DNA from: the human T2T-CHM13v2.0 reference genome, Homo sapiens
Length of the DNA stretch: 64,000 nucleotides
Assembly: GCF_009914755.1 (NCBI RefSeq)
Contig: NC_060928.1
Direction: 5' to 3' (one strand)
Shown: positions 43,285 through 57,710 of the stretch, piece by piece
Layout of the letters: every line of letters begins with the position of its first letter
Numbering within the stretch: the first letter of the stretch is position 1
Made by a program: the position numbers and the translations under genes
Notes under the pieces: model-generated
Databases searched by the model: none
Seen by the model: only the letters and a program-made list of their open reading frames with translations
Told to the model about the DNA's origin: nothing

Positions 43285-43466
43285 TTCTTTTCTTTTTCTT
43301 TTCTTTTCTTTTCTTTTCTTTTTTCTTTTCTTTTTTCTTTTCTCTTCTCTTCTCTTCTCTTCTCTTCTCCTTTTCTCTTCTCTCTTCTTCTCTCTTCTCT
43401 TTTTCTCTCTTCTCTCTTCTTCTTTCTTTTCTTTTCTTTTCTTCTCTTTTCTTCTCTTTTCTTTTC
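43285..43466. repeat. 182-nt pure pyrimidine (CTTTT/CTCTT)n tract, expanded Alu tail
   Basis: No purine on the + strand from 43285 to 43466; directly abuts the Alu 3' end. Confidence 0.95.
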
Positions 43467-43820
<354 letters not shown>

Positions 43821-44511
43821 TAGAATTGGGTAACCCTAAAGAGTTTGCTAAACAGCTCCCATAATTTCATTTGGGCATTTTGAAGTCTCCCATATTTCCT
43901 AAATATGCCAAAAAATTACTTACTGTTTTTTCCTAACAGTGAAATTTTAATAGAGACTCTCCACCTAAAATTTTATGAAAAAGAATCAAAAGAAAGGGGA
44001 AAGATACACTTTAAAAATAAACACTTTAGGTAGGACTATGCATTGCAAAAATAAACTTTAATATATAAATATGTTTCTTTTCTTGAGAATTTGTCTATCC
44101 AGAGTATGTTTTTCTATGAAGAAAGTATATTTTTTGTCTTTCTAGCTTGAAAGTAAACTCTTCAGGGAGGCTAAAAGTAAATAAATAAGATACTTTTAGA
44201 AAAAAACTTAATTAGAGTTTATCAAGTTAGGATATGCCTGTAGGTGTTGCAAAATTTTCTGAGACAAAAATATTTTAACTATCCATTTGAAAAAACAAAT
44301 TATACGGATACTATTTATTTATTTTATGAGGTTCCATATACAGCTACTAAAATAAGTAATTATACCATTCTCCTATTCATTTTAGAAACAAAACTGAAGT
44401 AACAATACATATCACAAGGTTGATAACTCATTACTTCATTTAATTAAAAAATCTAGTTCTCAATTTTTGTTTCATGTTTGTTTTTTTGTTTAGGGGGCAG
44501 AAACACCTAAA

Positions 44512-44697
44512 TTTTCTTTTTTAAATGTTTCTGGGTACATAGTAGGTGTATTATTTATGGGTTATTTGAGATTTTTTTGATACAGGCATCTAATTCTTAA
44601 TAATCACATCAGGGTAAATGTGGTATCCATCACCTCAAGCATTTATCCTTTGTATTACAAAAAAACAAATAATGTTCTTTTAGTACATTTTAAAATA
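44512..44697 (-). mobile_element. L1MA 3' end fragment
   Basis: GGGTACATAGTAGGTGTA...GATACAGGCAT...GGTATCCATCACCTCAAGCATTTATCCTTTGT. Confidence 0.85.
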
Positions 44698-46884
44698 ATT
44701 CAAAGAGGAGGATGTTTTGTTGTTGTTGCTGTTTTTGTTTTCTCCATTGGCAGAAACTTGCTCTAGGACTATGGGTATGCATTTTGTCACCTACATAGCC
44801 CTTTTAACTGATCTGGCTCCCTTTGAATGAATGAAGTAAAATCAGGTGAGAATAAATGGATTTTTTTGTTACGTTTTGTTTTGTTTCCTGTGCACCAGTT
44901 CAAAGAATACAGCTGAATCATTGCATGATAACCATTGTTATTCTTCTCAAGCAACCCTGAAGTCCAAGGCTTTGAGCCAGTTTCTCTTAAGTTATTATAC
45001 TTTCAGTCTGGCAAAAAAGAAGAACCACGTGGAAAATTAGAGGTTTAGAGAAATCTTTCAAAAGAGGCAATAGAGTCTGACTTTAGATTAAAAAAAAAAA
45101 TTTCTCTCAGAAAATTCAAGAAAGTGTCACTGTGAAGTACTTTAATCTATTTTCATAAAGGAATGATCTGCATAGGTAGCATATGTCAATATATTTTCCT
45201 TTCTAAAATTTAAATACCTAATTTGAATAAACAATGACGATAAGGACTCTAGGGACTAGAGTAGGCCTTGTTTAGGCACATGAACTTGAACATGAGCATC
45301 TTCTGCATGGTTATATTCATTTATTCATTTAAATACTTTGTGACGTAGTACATGGGACAATCAACAGAGCATAGCCTCCAAGAAACCAAGAAGGGTTGGA
45401 ATTTAGAGAACAAGTAGAAAATTAAGCCTGGATTGTAAATAACATTTTTTTTTTTTTTTGTAATAAGAAACTAGGTGGGGGGTGGTACATGAGCATTCAT
45501 GAGTTTGCTAACAAAATGCCTAGGGAACTCCAACATACCAGCTTACATTTTCTCTGAAAATTGAAGACATTGTCCTGGTTTAAAACAAAAAAAGCATAAG
45601 ACTAGTGGAGGAGTTAAAGTAGGCTGACTATCTCAATTCCTGCCTCCTCCAGTCTCCCTACTAGGGTGTTACTCTCTGTTTTCTACTTTAACCATTGTAA
45701 GTTTCCACATATCAGCTTTCAAATGTGCATTTTCCAAAGATACTCCTATAGTATAAGTAGACAAGAAAGTCCTAGTACACACAAAAAATATTTGGACAGC
45801 CATTCTTGGCAGGGAAGTGACAGAGGAGCCTTCTATATTTCCTCTTGGATTTCATGGTCACTCCAGCCTCTTCTATACCTAATCTGTATGTAAATTACAA
45901 CAAAACAAAAAATAAAAACTGCCAAATAATTTGGTGAGAGAGGCACAAAACTGATTAATTGCAGTTTGTTTCTTTCTCACTGCTTCATTAATTTATAATC
46001 AGTGATTTGACAGAAAAAGTATTTTTAGATATGACATATGCTATTCCTTCATCAAATTTTTCAATGTCAACATTGACCAGAATCTCAGGATTTAAGTCTG
46101 TGCAGAGGTTGAAAACTTCCGCAAATATATCTATTTTACCTCTTCTCTCTGCTCATAGTTGATTCTGTCACAGCTCTTTTTTCCACTCTCTTTTAAGAAT
46201 CATTGTTCCAAATCTAAACTTTGTTTTGGAGCTTAATTAAATTAAAACACTGTGATCTGTTACTTAAAGGACAAATATATGTCCAGATCATCTTTTGTTG
46301 TGTTGGTGCCACTATTGTTATATACACATAATTAGTTTCTTAAGTAGTTTCACGAAGACCTTGATAATGTATATGCCCTATTCATTGTCATCATAGTTTG
46401 CCAAAACACATAATCACACAGTAGGGATTAATGGTTGCAAAGGAACTATAAAATCCGTTGAGTAACAAATCCACCTTCTAAATGTGTTTCACATCCTGCC
46501 TAACTATGGAAACCCTTGATAAAACACAAATGTGTCTGATTGCACAAATTATGGGTTATGTGAAAACTATCACTTAAAGCTACTAGAATAGCTGTCAATA
46601 CTCTAAAAACAAAGTAGTTCTCTCTTAATTCTCCTTGTGTTTTAAATATTGCTTAAATGATGTTCAATTTTATACATCATATTTTAAAAACAGATCACAT
46701 AATGAGCGTGTCTTGCTGATGGTGATTAGGATGACAAATATTCTGAACCACATTATTTAAAAATAGCTAAAGAAACTGGATCAATAAGCCTAGGAAAGAG
46801 AAAGCTCGAAGTCCTCTCATGTGAGAGGAAGTAGACGCACTTAGTAAGGTTTCAAACTGCAATCCATGGATAAAGATTAAGGAG

Positions 46885-46886
<2 letters not shown>

Positions 46887-46922
<36 letters not shown>
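46887..46922. repeat. (GT)18 microsatellite
   Basis: Perfect GT run. Confidence 0.98.
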
Positions 46923-46925
<3 letters not shown>

Positions 46926-47340
46926 AAACTTGGCATACTAAGTGTCTTTCCTCAATTTGAAATTTCCAGAGATAAATTGAGTAGGTGAGTGCTGCCAGTG
47001 GGACTGGTCAAGCAGGGTGATGATTAATCTTTTTTAACCAACCTAATTAATACCTGTTCTCTAGACTCAATAAAGACTTTTTTTATTTTATTTATTTTTT
47101 TTAAAGTCATTCCTGGTCTCCCACTCTGGTTGGATCTTCCTCTTAAATGTATAGTTGTTATAGTATTCTAACCTCTTTCATATACTGTATGTTTGTTTAT
47201 ATAACTTTCCCCACTAATTTACAGTTATTTAAGTTTAATAACTTGAATGTTAGCATCTACCATAGCAAAATATATGAAGGAACATTCACTGAAATTATTG
47301 TTACATTGAGATCTCTAAGAGCACATGAAATAATTATTAA

Positions 47341-47629
<289 letters not shown>

Positions 47630-49529
47630 TTATAATGAGCCACCTAATACGTTAGCTGGAAATACCTTTTATGTTTTGGCTGGAGGTTATCTCATAAAGT
47701 TTATGTTATTCAGGTACTATCACATATATTGATCTTGCCAATTGATCTTACATGGCTTTATCTCTCATTAATGACTCTGAAGAAGATGGTTTCACATAAA
47801 AAGAGAAGAAACTTATAGACTCTACAAGCCAATTACTATAGTCTCAGCAAAATGATTTACCTTTAAAATGTACTGGGTAAACACTGACCCTTTTCAAATA
47901 CCCATACACCTTTTGAATATCTTTAGAAATATGCTAAACTTGTCTGAATAACACTAGCGTTCTCTCATTGATAAATGGCCTTTTGGTTCCCGCACATCAC
48001 AACATAATCCTCAGTCAGATATTTATGTAGTACTTAGAAGAAAACCTGTAATTTGAAGCATGGAGGAGGCCAGGAAGGTTAAGGAGCCTATACAGTTCTT
48101 TGCTGATAAAAAATCCCCTCCTTGCTAGTTAAAATCCAGTTTTTATTAAAAAATAAAATCTCGTTATAAACATTGTATCTATGTGTAAATAACAGGAAGT
48201 GGGTAAGCGAGGGGCTACACAATCATTTCTAACTTTGTCTTCAAGTTCCTGTCTTTTAAATCTTCAGCCTTCACTTCAGATTTTGAAATTATGGTGTTTT
48301 GATGTAGCTGCCAACTTGGATGTTCAATAAACTCCAAAATAAACTCTCACAACTATTTCTCCTGTTGTCTTTACGTCTTCGAAAGGCCACCACTCTTATG
48401 AGTCTTTTTTGATTCCTCACCTGCTTCTGTTTCTTGCATTTGAACTGTCACCATTGTCTTCACATGGCACGGGTTCACCCTCTTTTGCTCTTTGTCATTG
48501 CTATTGCAGACTAAGCCACCATCATCCCTCACTTATTTTACTGCCATGGTCTTCAGACTGAGCTTGAATTCTTGTACTTCTCTTATCCTTTTTTTTTTTT
48601 TAACAAGCTATATAATTGATTCCATTGATGGTTTCCCAGTGAATTTTTGGTAGAAATCTCCGTTTGTTTACCTAACTAAAAACTTCTGCATGATATGACC
48701 CTTGCCCACTTACACAACTATATTTCATATTGTTTAAAATAAATGAAACATATGTCTCAAACCTTGCAATTGAACTAGACATCTGAACCTAATTTTATCA
48801 AAATTTCATATTTTTAAAAACTATAAGTCTCTCTGAAGTGCATAAGCTTTGGACCCACCAAACCTTCTCCATTTAGACTTATCATTTGGTTTCAGTTCAA
48901 TGTTTACCTATCTAGGAAGAAGTAATTATTTATTTCATATGTTCTTCTCACATTTTCATATAACTAAATACAGCTTATAATTGATTAAATTTTATGTATA
49001 TATATTTTATGGTTTTGTTTATTAAATTACAAGATTTGAAATGGCAAGAACAATGATCTGTCTTATCCATTACTCTTGCTTTATCCTGCAAAATACTGCA
49101 ATCTAAATATTTCTAGATGAATTAACGAATGATAAGAACAACATATGTAGGATTTTGTGTGTAAAACTTTGAGTTTATAACAAATTTCCCTTACCTTTTT
49201 ACTCTTCTAGATCTTTACAGAAGAAAAGAAAATAAATAACTTAAAAATATTAGTTCACGGCATTTGAAAAAGGCTTGGTCATCTATGTGCAGATAAAGTA
49301 AACAGAGAACCCATTTGCCCATCTTTTAACAATTGTATCAGTCAATATTCTAAAAACATGGTTACTTAGAGTTTGGCTGAAAGGTCCAAATATTACCCTA
49401 AGTAGTATGAGAATAAATGAACACATAGACAGAGAAATCACTCAACCAAAACACTCACACTGTTCTGTAAAGGGCATGTATTTCATGAAATAAAATAACT
49501 GTGTGAGGACTGATTTCATTTTCCTGTGA

Positions 49530-49929
<400 letters not shown>

Positions 49930-52599
49930 TAAAGCAAGTTAATGCCCATTTAATGTATGCAGTGCTCTTGTGTTTCGAGGCTTTCTGGTCATCTGTTAAT
50001 GCCGGTATCCTCTGAGTAGAATGACGTCCTATCTGGTCCTATCCATTCTACTGTGTGGTTTTTGGCTATCAATATATGAGATCACAGCTGCATATTCTTT
50101 TTGCTCTTCACCAGTGCTCTCCAGTATTGCCACTATTTGAGCTATTGCCAAGCATCACTTAGGTTCAAAAACAAACTTTTAACACTCCCAGTTGGCCTTA
50201 GTGGAGATGTTTAATGTTGTTTCCCATTGTTTTGCTACACACGGGTTGCGGTAGTAAATGTAACTCCTCCCTTAATGTCCCTGGCAGATATTTCTTCTAG
50301 TCTCTCTTCGTACTATTTGTAGAGAAATTGTAGGAACCTACTGGTCCATCGGGCTTCTACAGGTCACAATGAACAAGTCTTTCACAGTTCTCAAATCCTC
50401 AAATCTATTTGTTATTCACCTGCAGAAAATGCAGCTGAGGCAATAATTGTTTTCCCTATGGAAGTGCTTCTCACTTCCATCAGTCCAGGGAATTTTTGCT
50501 AGTGTTTGAGTGAAGTACTGTTTAGCTACTAATTGCATACTCTCTACATCCTCTGGTAAAAAAAAGTAAAGCCCCACACACGGGAATAATATTCAAAAAA
50601 ATTTATTGTGTGTTTTTTGCTCAGAATTTTAAGAATTTGAAATGCAAAAGCCAATGTTTATATCTGATATGCAGTTCTGCATTCATTCTGAAGCATCTCT
50701 ATTCTGAAACATGAAAACATAATGTCTAATTACCCAATTAAGCAAAATAATATAAAAAATACCAAAAGAGATGGGAAAAGATTAATATGTGGTCTACTAC
50801 AAAAATGATCATAAATGATTCTTAACATTTTCAGAAGGAAAAAAAAAACACATACTAATCTAAGTTAAGTCTTGCCTTATCAACAGAATAGATCCCCCCA
50901 ACCCTTTTTCTCACTGTCTCTAAAATTGACCACACGGGTTGTTCAGCAAGACTTTTCTAATGGAAATGAATCATTACTTTGTATAACAGGTATTAAAATT
51001 GCCTTAAGGATTCTTTAAGCACCAGGACTCCTAAAATACAAGCTTAATTCTAAGGTCTACAAATGTAAATCTTACTAATTTTTCTGGAATAATTTATTAT
51101 ATTCCAGAATATTTTAAGTCCTAGACCCATGGCCTATTTGAATTTACAAGCTATAATTAGTAATTTGCTAGAGAAAGTCATTGAGTAGAAATGATTGAAT
51201 CTTTTGCCTACATCAACACTGGGAAAAGGCCAGATTGGAATAAGGAAAGATGTGTCAGTTTCTCCAGTATTAATTTATCCACAAGTTGACATGCTGCTTC
51301 TCTCAACTATGCCAATTGTTTTAGTTCAAAGCCTCCCTGACTATCCAAGTTCTTGCTCCTTTACTTTTCATCTTCATCTAAGCAATTTTTCAACTTGGCT
51401 TATATTGAGAAAATTCAATATTTCTGACCTGAACACTTCATTTTGGGGAAATTAAATTGTGTGTGTGTGTGTACATGTATATATGTATATACATATGAAG
51501 TTTCATTTATGTATATATGTCTATACATACATTTTTCTGTATATATATATACCTTGGAGAATACTTATTAACTTCACATCAAATATATGAGAAAACAGCT
51601 TTTCATCTTTTATTACTTTTAAGAAAGAAACTGGGCGTTCACATCAAGAGTTCTAGAAGTGAATCAAAGGAACAAAATAAAATAGGTATGCAAGCTTCCA
51701 AAAATGAAACCGTGCAGCTGTGCACCATATGTCTATCTGAAATAAGCCAATTGTATGTCATGAGAAAAGAAGGGAAGTACAATCTGGATAAACCAAATGA
51801 ATTTCCTTAACCAGTAAAAATCACCTTGTCCAAGTGATAAAAGTCACTCAAAGAGCTGGACCAACATTGATTGGATCAGATAATTAATTTGTCATGATCT
51901 TATGTTGACATAATTCAATTGATTTTTTGTGGCCTACATTCAAAAGTTTGGAAACACACAAATATGAGTTGTTAAAGCACAGTTCTCTAGGAGTTATGAA
52001 TATAATTTTTTCAGCTTATGAATTATAATTTTAGAATTCATTATCATTTTTTCCAGATGGATAGACATATGAACTCTGTATCTTTGAAAATTTAATCAAA
52101 GTCATACATTATTTTGATTGTTTTCACTGTAAATTATGTATTCTTAATCGGTAAAAAGATATTAGATAACAAAATATACTAGATAACAAATTATTTAATA
52201 TTGATTTACCAGTTCATACATAAGACTTCCTAAGATGAAACATCAAAAACATCCATCCTGAACCAAATACTTTGTTATTTTCACATTTAACGTGAGATCT
52301 TAAAAAGGAAAGAAAAAAAGATGAGGAAACTGATGGTACATGTTCCTCTGGTTATGTCTTTTGTGTTTGACAAAACTTTATGACCAACTTGTTCACACAC
52401 ATAGGACTTTTGTGTTCTATCTCCCCAGACCACCTGCATACTACAACTTAAGAAGGCTTTTATTAATAGACACTTCCTATAGGAAATTTAGCTCATTCTT
52501 TGCATGTATGGATCAAAAGGAAATAATAAAAATTGCATCAATTTACCATTAGAAATGAGAGTTCCATAACATGGGTAGATATAAGATACAATGTTGTAA

Positions 52600-53060
52600 A
52601 AAGAAACTTTATTTTGTAACAATAAAAAAATTAAAATTTTTATAATATTTTACTCACAATTGCAACAAACATACACATATAAACATAACAAGACATATTT
52701 GATATTCTTGTAAGAAAAAAATCAACTTTACTCAAAGATATTACAATAACTGAAATAAAATAAACATATAAGTTTATGATTAGAAGTTTCAATATTGAAA
52801 TGATATTTATTTTACACAAATTAATCTATTGATTCAAAGATATCTAGTCAAAATCTCAATATGACTTCTTAAAGGAAAATTATTATTGGCTTTAAAACTC
52901 ATATGATTAAAATAAGTGAAAATTTTTTTAAAAAGGGAATATTTGCCTTATCAGATAGGAGTGCATATTTTTATTTACATTAATTAAAATTGTATTGCAT
53001 TGGTACAGGTAGACAAATGGAATAGAATGAAGAATTCAGAAATAAACTCAAGCATGTACA
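52600..53060 (+). mobile_element. Old L1M ORF2 fragment
   Basis: AAATTAATCTAT...TCAAAATCTCAA and ACAAATGGAATAGAATGAAGAATTCAGAAATAAAC motifs. Confidence 0.65.
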
Positions 53061-53583
53061 GTCCCCAATGAGCCTCATGTTCTGTGTTGTGGTGCCCTTG
53101 TATAGTTCCCTACCAAAGTGAACAATGATGACCTTAGTAATTTGTAGGAAATTTGCATTAATGTTGTGTGACTTCTGAGGTTAAATCATAAAAGATATTG
53201 GGGATTACCACTTGCTCTCACTTGGATCTTTCATTCTGAAGGAAGTCAGAGCCATGTGTTAAGGACATGTGAGCAGCCCTATATAAAGGTTCACATGGTG
53301 AGGAACTGAGGCTTTGTGCTAACGAAGGCAGCATTCACTTGACAGCAAAGTGATTCAGCCATCTTGGAAGCAGATCATTTAGTCCCTGCCAAGCCTTTAG
53401 AAGACTACAGCTCCAGTTACTATCTTGACTGCAGTTTTACGAGAGACCTCAATTCGGAAGAAGCCAACTATTCTGCCCCCAAATGTATAGCCTACACAAA
53501 ATGTAGGATAATAAATGTTTATGCTTGTTTTAAGCCGCAAGGTTTTGAGATAATTTGTTACTCAGCAGTCAATAGCTAATACA
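53061..53583 (+). mobile_element. MLT1F-like MaLR LTR
   Basis: GTGTGACTTCTGAGG...CACATGGTGAGGAACTGAGG...GCCATCTTGGAAGCAGAT...ATAATTTGTTACTCAGCAGTCAATAGCTAATACA. Confidence 0.8.
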
Positions 53584-54174
53584 GATTTCCATAGCTGCAA
53601 TTAGGGTACGATCTTAAGAAAAAGTAATGTGTAATGAATTATTTAGGCTCTGACATTGGAAGAATAATTGTATGTAAAGTAGATGAAGTGAGGATAACCT
53701 AGAAGCTGCCAGCACCTCCGCATTTCTCTGTCTCCGCATCTAAGCAGTGAACCTGCTATCACTTACAACGTTTCAACAAGTTCCTCTGTCAGCCACCTTT
53801 AACTTGAAACTATGCATAAAACCGCCTTTAACTTGAAACTATGCATAAAAATGCATTCTGGAGAACATAGTTCCAGACTAACCAAGTTGACCAAGTTGGA
53901 AAACGAATTCTGAGGGACATAGTTCCAGCCTAGTAAAACCGACAGAAGGTAGCTTCCTTAACCTCAAAAAAATCCATATGAAATAAATCTATGGCAAATG
54001 GCATATTTAACAGATGTACAAGTCTTTCCTTTAAGATTAAAAAGAAGGCAAGCAGATAACATCCACTACTATTATTGAACATAAACATCTTGATCAACAC
54101 AAACAAGTAAACATGGGAAATTTGTGTAAGAAATGGATAAGACAACCTCACAAAATGATCATTTACATAGAAAG

Positions 54175-54553
54175 ACTGCTATTTATTGCCAGTATACTTA
54201 ATATTGATTTTAATAGTGTTTAAACTAAGACTATAATTTTTCCAGTTATAATCCCCATAGTTTACCTAATCCAGTGATCATATATTATTCAGCTCTATAA
54301 TAATCTTATCTGCCTTCAGTGTTTTACTAATTCCCATAATCTTTTTATTTATATGTTTGCATTTTATGAAGTACCATAGAAAGTAAACCATTCCAACTTG
54401 CTTTACCCTCTTGTTTCATGTTAATGTACACAAAACATTAGAGTATATAGGGATATGGTATGGTAGATCTCTATCAGTAATTTCATTATTTTTCATATTT
54501 TCATCCTTTATGAAGAAAATGAACATTTTTTGCTCTAGGGCTGTACTTATCAA
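54175..54553 (+). repeat. Derived copy of a ~380-bp non-tandem duplication
   Basis: Matches 58949-59331 with 8 substitutions and one 4-bp indel (manual count). Confidence 0.97.
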
Positions 54554-54595
54554 TAGATATGATAAGTACATTATTAGTTTGATAAGTACATTATT

Positions 54596-57500
54596 TGACA
54601 TTTTACATTAATATGTACCCACCATTAAAGTACCATAAAAAATAAACACACTGCTCTAAAAATGCTCTGTGATCTGCAAACTCATCCTTCTCTCCCTCCC
54701 ACATAACCACTGGTAACTACCTTCCCCAAAATGTTGTATGGTTTAATCACACAGCATGAAATCTCTTCACATTATATTCCTTCACTTAGTACTACACATG
54801 TAAGATTTCTTAGTACAAAGATAAGATTTTACTTAGTAATATACATATATGACTTGGAAGCTAAATAATATTCCATTGTCTGGATGTACCATGGTTTTAT
54901 GAATTCATGTACTGAAAGACACCTTGATTACTTCCAAGTTTTGGAGATTATGAATAAACTTTCTATAAAAATATGTGTGTAGGTTTTTGTGAGTACATAC
55001 GTTTCCAACTCTTTTGGGTAAATACAAAGGGTCATGATTACCGGATTGTATGAAAATAATATGTTTCACTGTCTTTCAAAATACTAATACCATTTTGCAT
55101 TCCCACCAGAAGTTAATGAAAGTGCCACATCCTCATTTGGTGTTGCCAATTTTCTCAATGTTGGCCATACTAACAGATAGGTAGTGATATCTCATTGCCA
55201 TTTTAATTTACATCTCTTTAATGGCATATGACGTAGGCATCTTTTCATTTACTTATTTGCAATCTGTGTATGTTAAGGACCTGTTAAAGTCCCTGGTCCA
55301 TTTTTAACCAGGTTGTTTGTTTTCTTATTGCTGAATTGTAAAAAATTATTTTGCATATTTTGAATGACAGTCCTTTATCATATACGTCTTTTAAAAATAT
55401 TTTCTTCCACTATGTGGCTCTTATTTTTATTCACTGGACAGTGCCTTTCACAGAGCAGAAATTTTTATTTTTAATGAAGTCAAGTTTATCAATTCTTTCT
55501 TTCATGGATCAGGATTTGATGTTTCTGAAAAGTCATTACTAAATCTAGGGTTATCTAAATTTTCTTATATGTTATCTTCTAGGACTTACGTAGACTTGTG
55601 TTTTACATGTAGATACGTGATCCATTTTGAGCTGATTTTTCTGAAGATTGTAAGGTCTGTGTCTATATTCTTTTTATATATATTTTTGTATATGGATGTC
55701 CAGTTGTTACAGCACCATTTGTTGAAATGTCTATCTTTTCTTTATTGTATTGCTTTCAATCTTCTGTCAAATATTAGTAGATGATATTTATGTATGTCTA
55801 GTTCTGGGCTCTCTATTTTGTTCTATGAATCTGTTTGCCTATTCTATCACCAATATCACACTGTGTTGATTATTGTAGCTTTGTAGTAAGTTTTAAGGTT
55901 GGGTATTGTCAGTCTTTCAACTTTGTTTTACTCCTTCAATGTTGTGTTGGCTATTATAAATCTTTTTTCTCTCCATATAAACTTTAGAATTAACTCATCA
56001 ATAGCCACAAAAGTGACTTGCTGGGATTTTGGTTGGAATTGCATTGAATCTACAGATCAATCTGGGGAGACTATAACATCTTGACAATATTGTCAAACTA
56101 GTAACAATACTGAGTCTGTGTATTTGTAAACATGGACTCTTTATTAACTTTGTTATACTTTGATTTATTTCAACAGAGTTTTGTACTTCTCCTCATAAAG
56201 ATCTTGCATATATTTTGTTAAATTTGCATCAAAGTATTTCATTTTGCAATTGCTAAGGTAAATGGTACTATGTTTTTAATTTCAAATTATATTTCTTCTT
56301 TGCTGATTTACGGAAAACAATAAACTTGTTTATTAAATTGTATCCTTCAAACTTGCTATAATGGCTTATCAATTCCAGTTTTTTGTTGTCAATTCTTTGG
56401 GATTTCCTACATAGATGATAATGTCATCTGCTAACAAGGGAAACTTTATTTCTTCCTTCACAATCTTTATATATTTCCTCCTTGTGTTACCACATTACCT
56501 AGGATTTCCAGTACAACACTGAACACAGTAGTGAAGGGGAGATCCTTGTCTTCCTGATGTTACTGGGAAATCTTCAAGCTTGTCACCATGAAGTAAGATA
56601 TCAGCTATAGGTTTTCTATTGATATTCTTTATTAAATTGAGGACATTTTCATCTATTTCTAGTTTACTTACATTTTTATCAGAAACGGATGTTGGACTTT
56701 GTTAAGTGTTTTATCTGCATCTTTTGAAATTATCACGATTTCTCTTTTTTAGCCTATTATTGTGATGGATTACATTAATTGATTTTCAAATGTTGAACCA
56801 GCCTTGCATGTGTGGTAGAAATTCCACTTGGAGATGATGTATAATTATTTCATGCATTGTTCAACTTAATTAACAAATATTTTGTCAATAATGCTTACAC
56901 CTATATTCATAAGATATGTTGGTCTGTAGTTTTATTTTCTTGGAATTTCTTCATCTTGTTTTGATGTTAGGGTAATGTTCACCTCATAGATTATGTTTCT
57001 ACAATTTGAAATATATTGTAGACAATTCTTATAACTTTTTCTTTAAATGCATAATAGAATTCACCAGGGAATCTATCTGGGCCTAGTGCTTCTTATTTGG
57101 AAGGTAAATAATTATTAATTTAATTTATTCAATAGTTGTAGGCATATTCACATTGTTTATTTCTTTTTGTGTAAGTATTGCCAGATTATCCTTTTCAAGG
57201 AATAGGTCCATGTTATCTATATTATCAAATTTGTGGACATAGAGTTCTTCACAGTATTTTTTGACTATCATTTTAATATTCTTTGGATCTGTGGTAATGT
57301 CCTTTCTTTCATTTTGATATTAATTTCTTCTGTATTTTGTTTCCTTAGTTATCCTGGCTAGAGGCTTATCAAGTATATTAATGTTTTTTCAAAGAACAAA
57401 CTTTTTGTTTCATTGCTTTTTGTCTATTGTTTTCTATTGTAGTTTTTAGTATTTCTTTTCTTCTACTTACTTTTGATTTAATTAAATCTTCTTTTAGTTT

Positions 57501-57710
57501 CCTGAGCTAGAAGCTTAGATAATTGATTTTAGATCTTTCTTCTTGTCTAGTATATGCAGTCAATGCTATAAATATCCATCTATGCACTGCTTTTGCTGCA
57601 TCCCACAAATTTTGATAACCTGTTTGCATTTTTATTTCGTTCAAAAACAATTACAATTTCTTTTTATATTTCATCTTTTACTCATATTCTATTTAGAAGT
57701 GTGTTGTTTA
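54596..57710 (-). mobile_element. L1MC1/2-like LINE, about 3.1 kb, apparently missing its 3' end
   Basis: CACTGCTCTAAAAATGCTCTGTG and CCATTGTCTGGATGTACCA 3'UTR motifs, followed by antisense ORF2 sequence. Confidence 0.8.

Noticed and set aside
51082-51109. 10-bp inverted repeat TTCTGGAATA...TATTCCAGAA
   Set aside because: A short AT-rich stem compatible with chance; nothing in its context supports a function.
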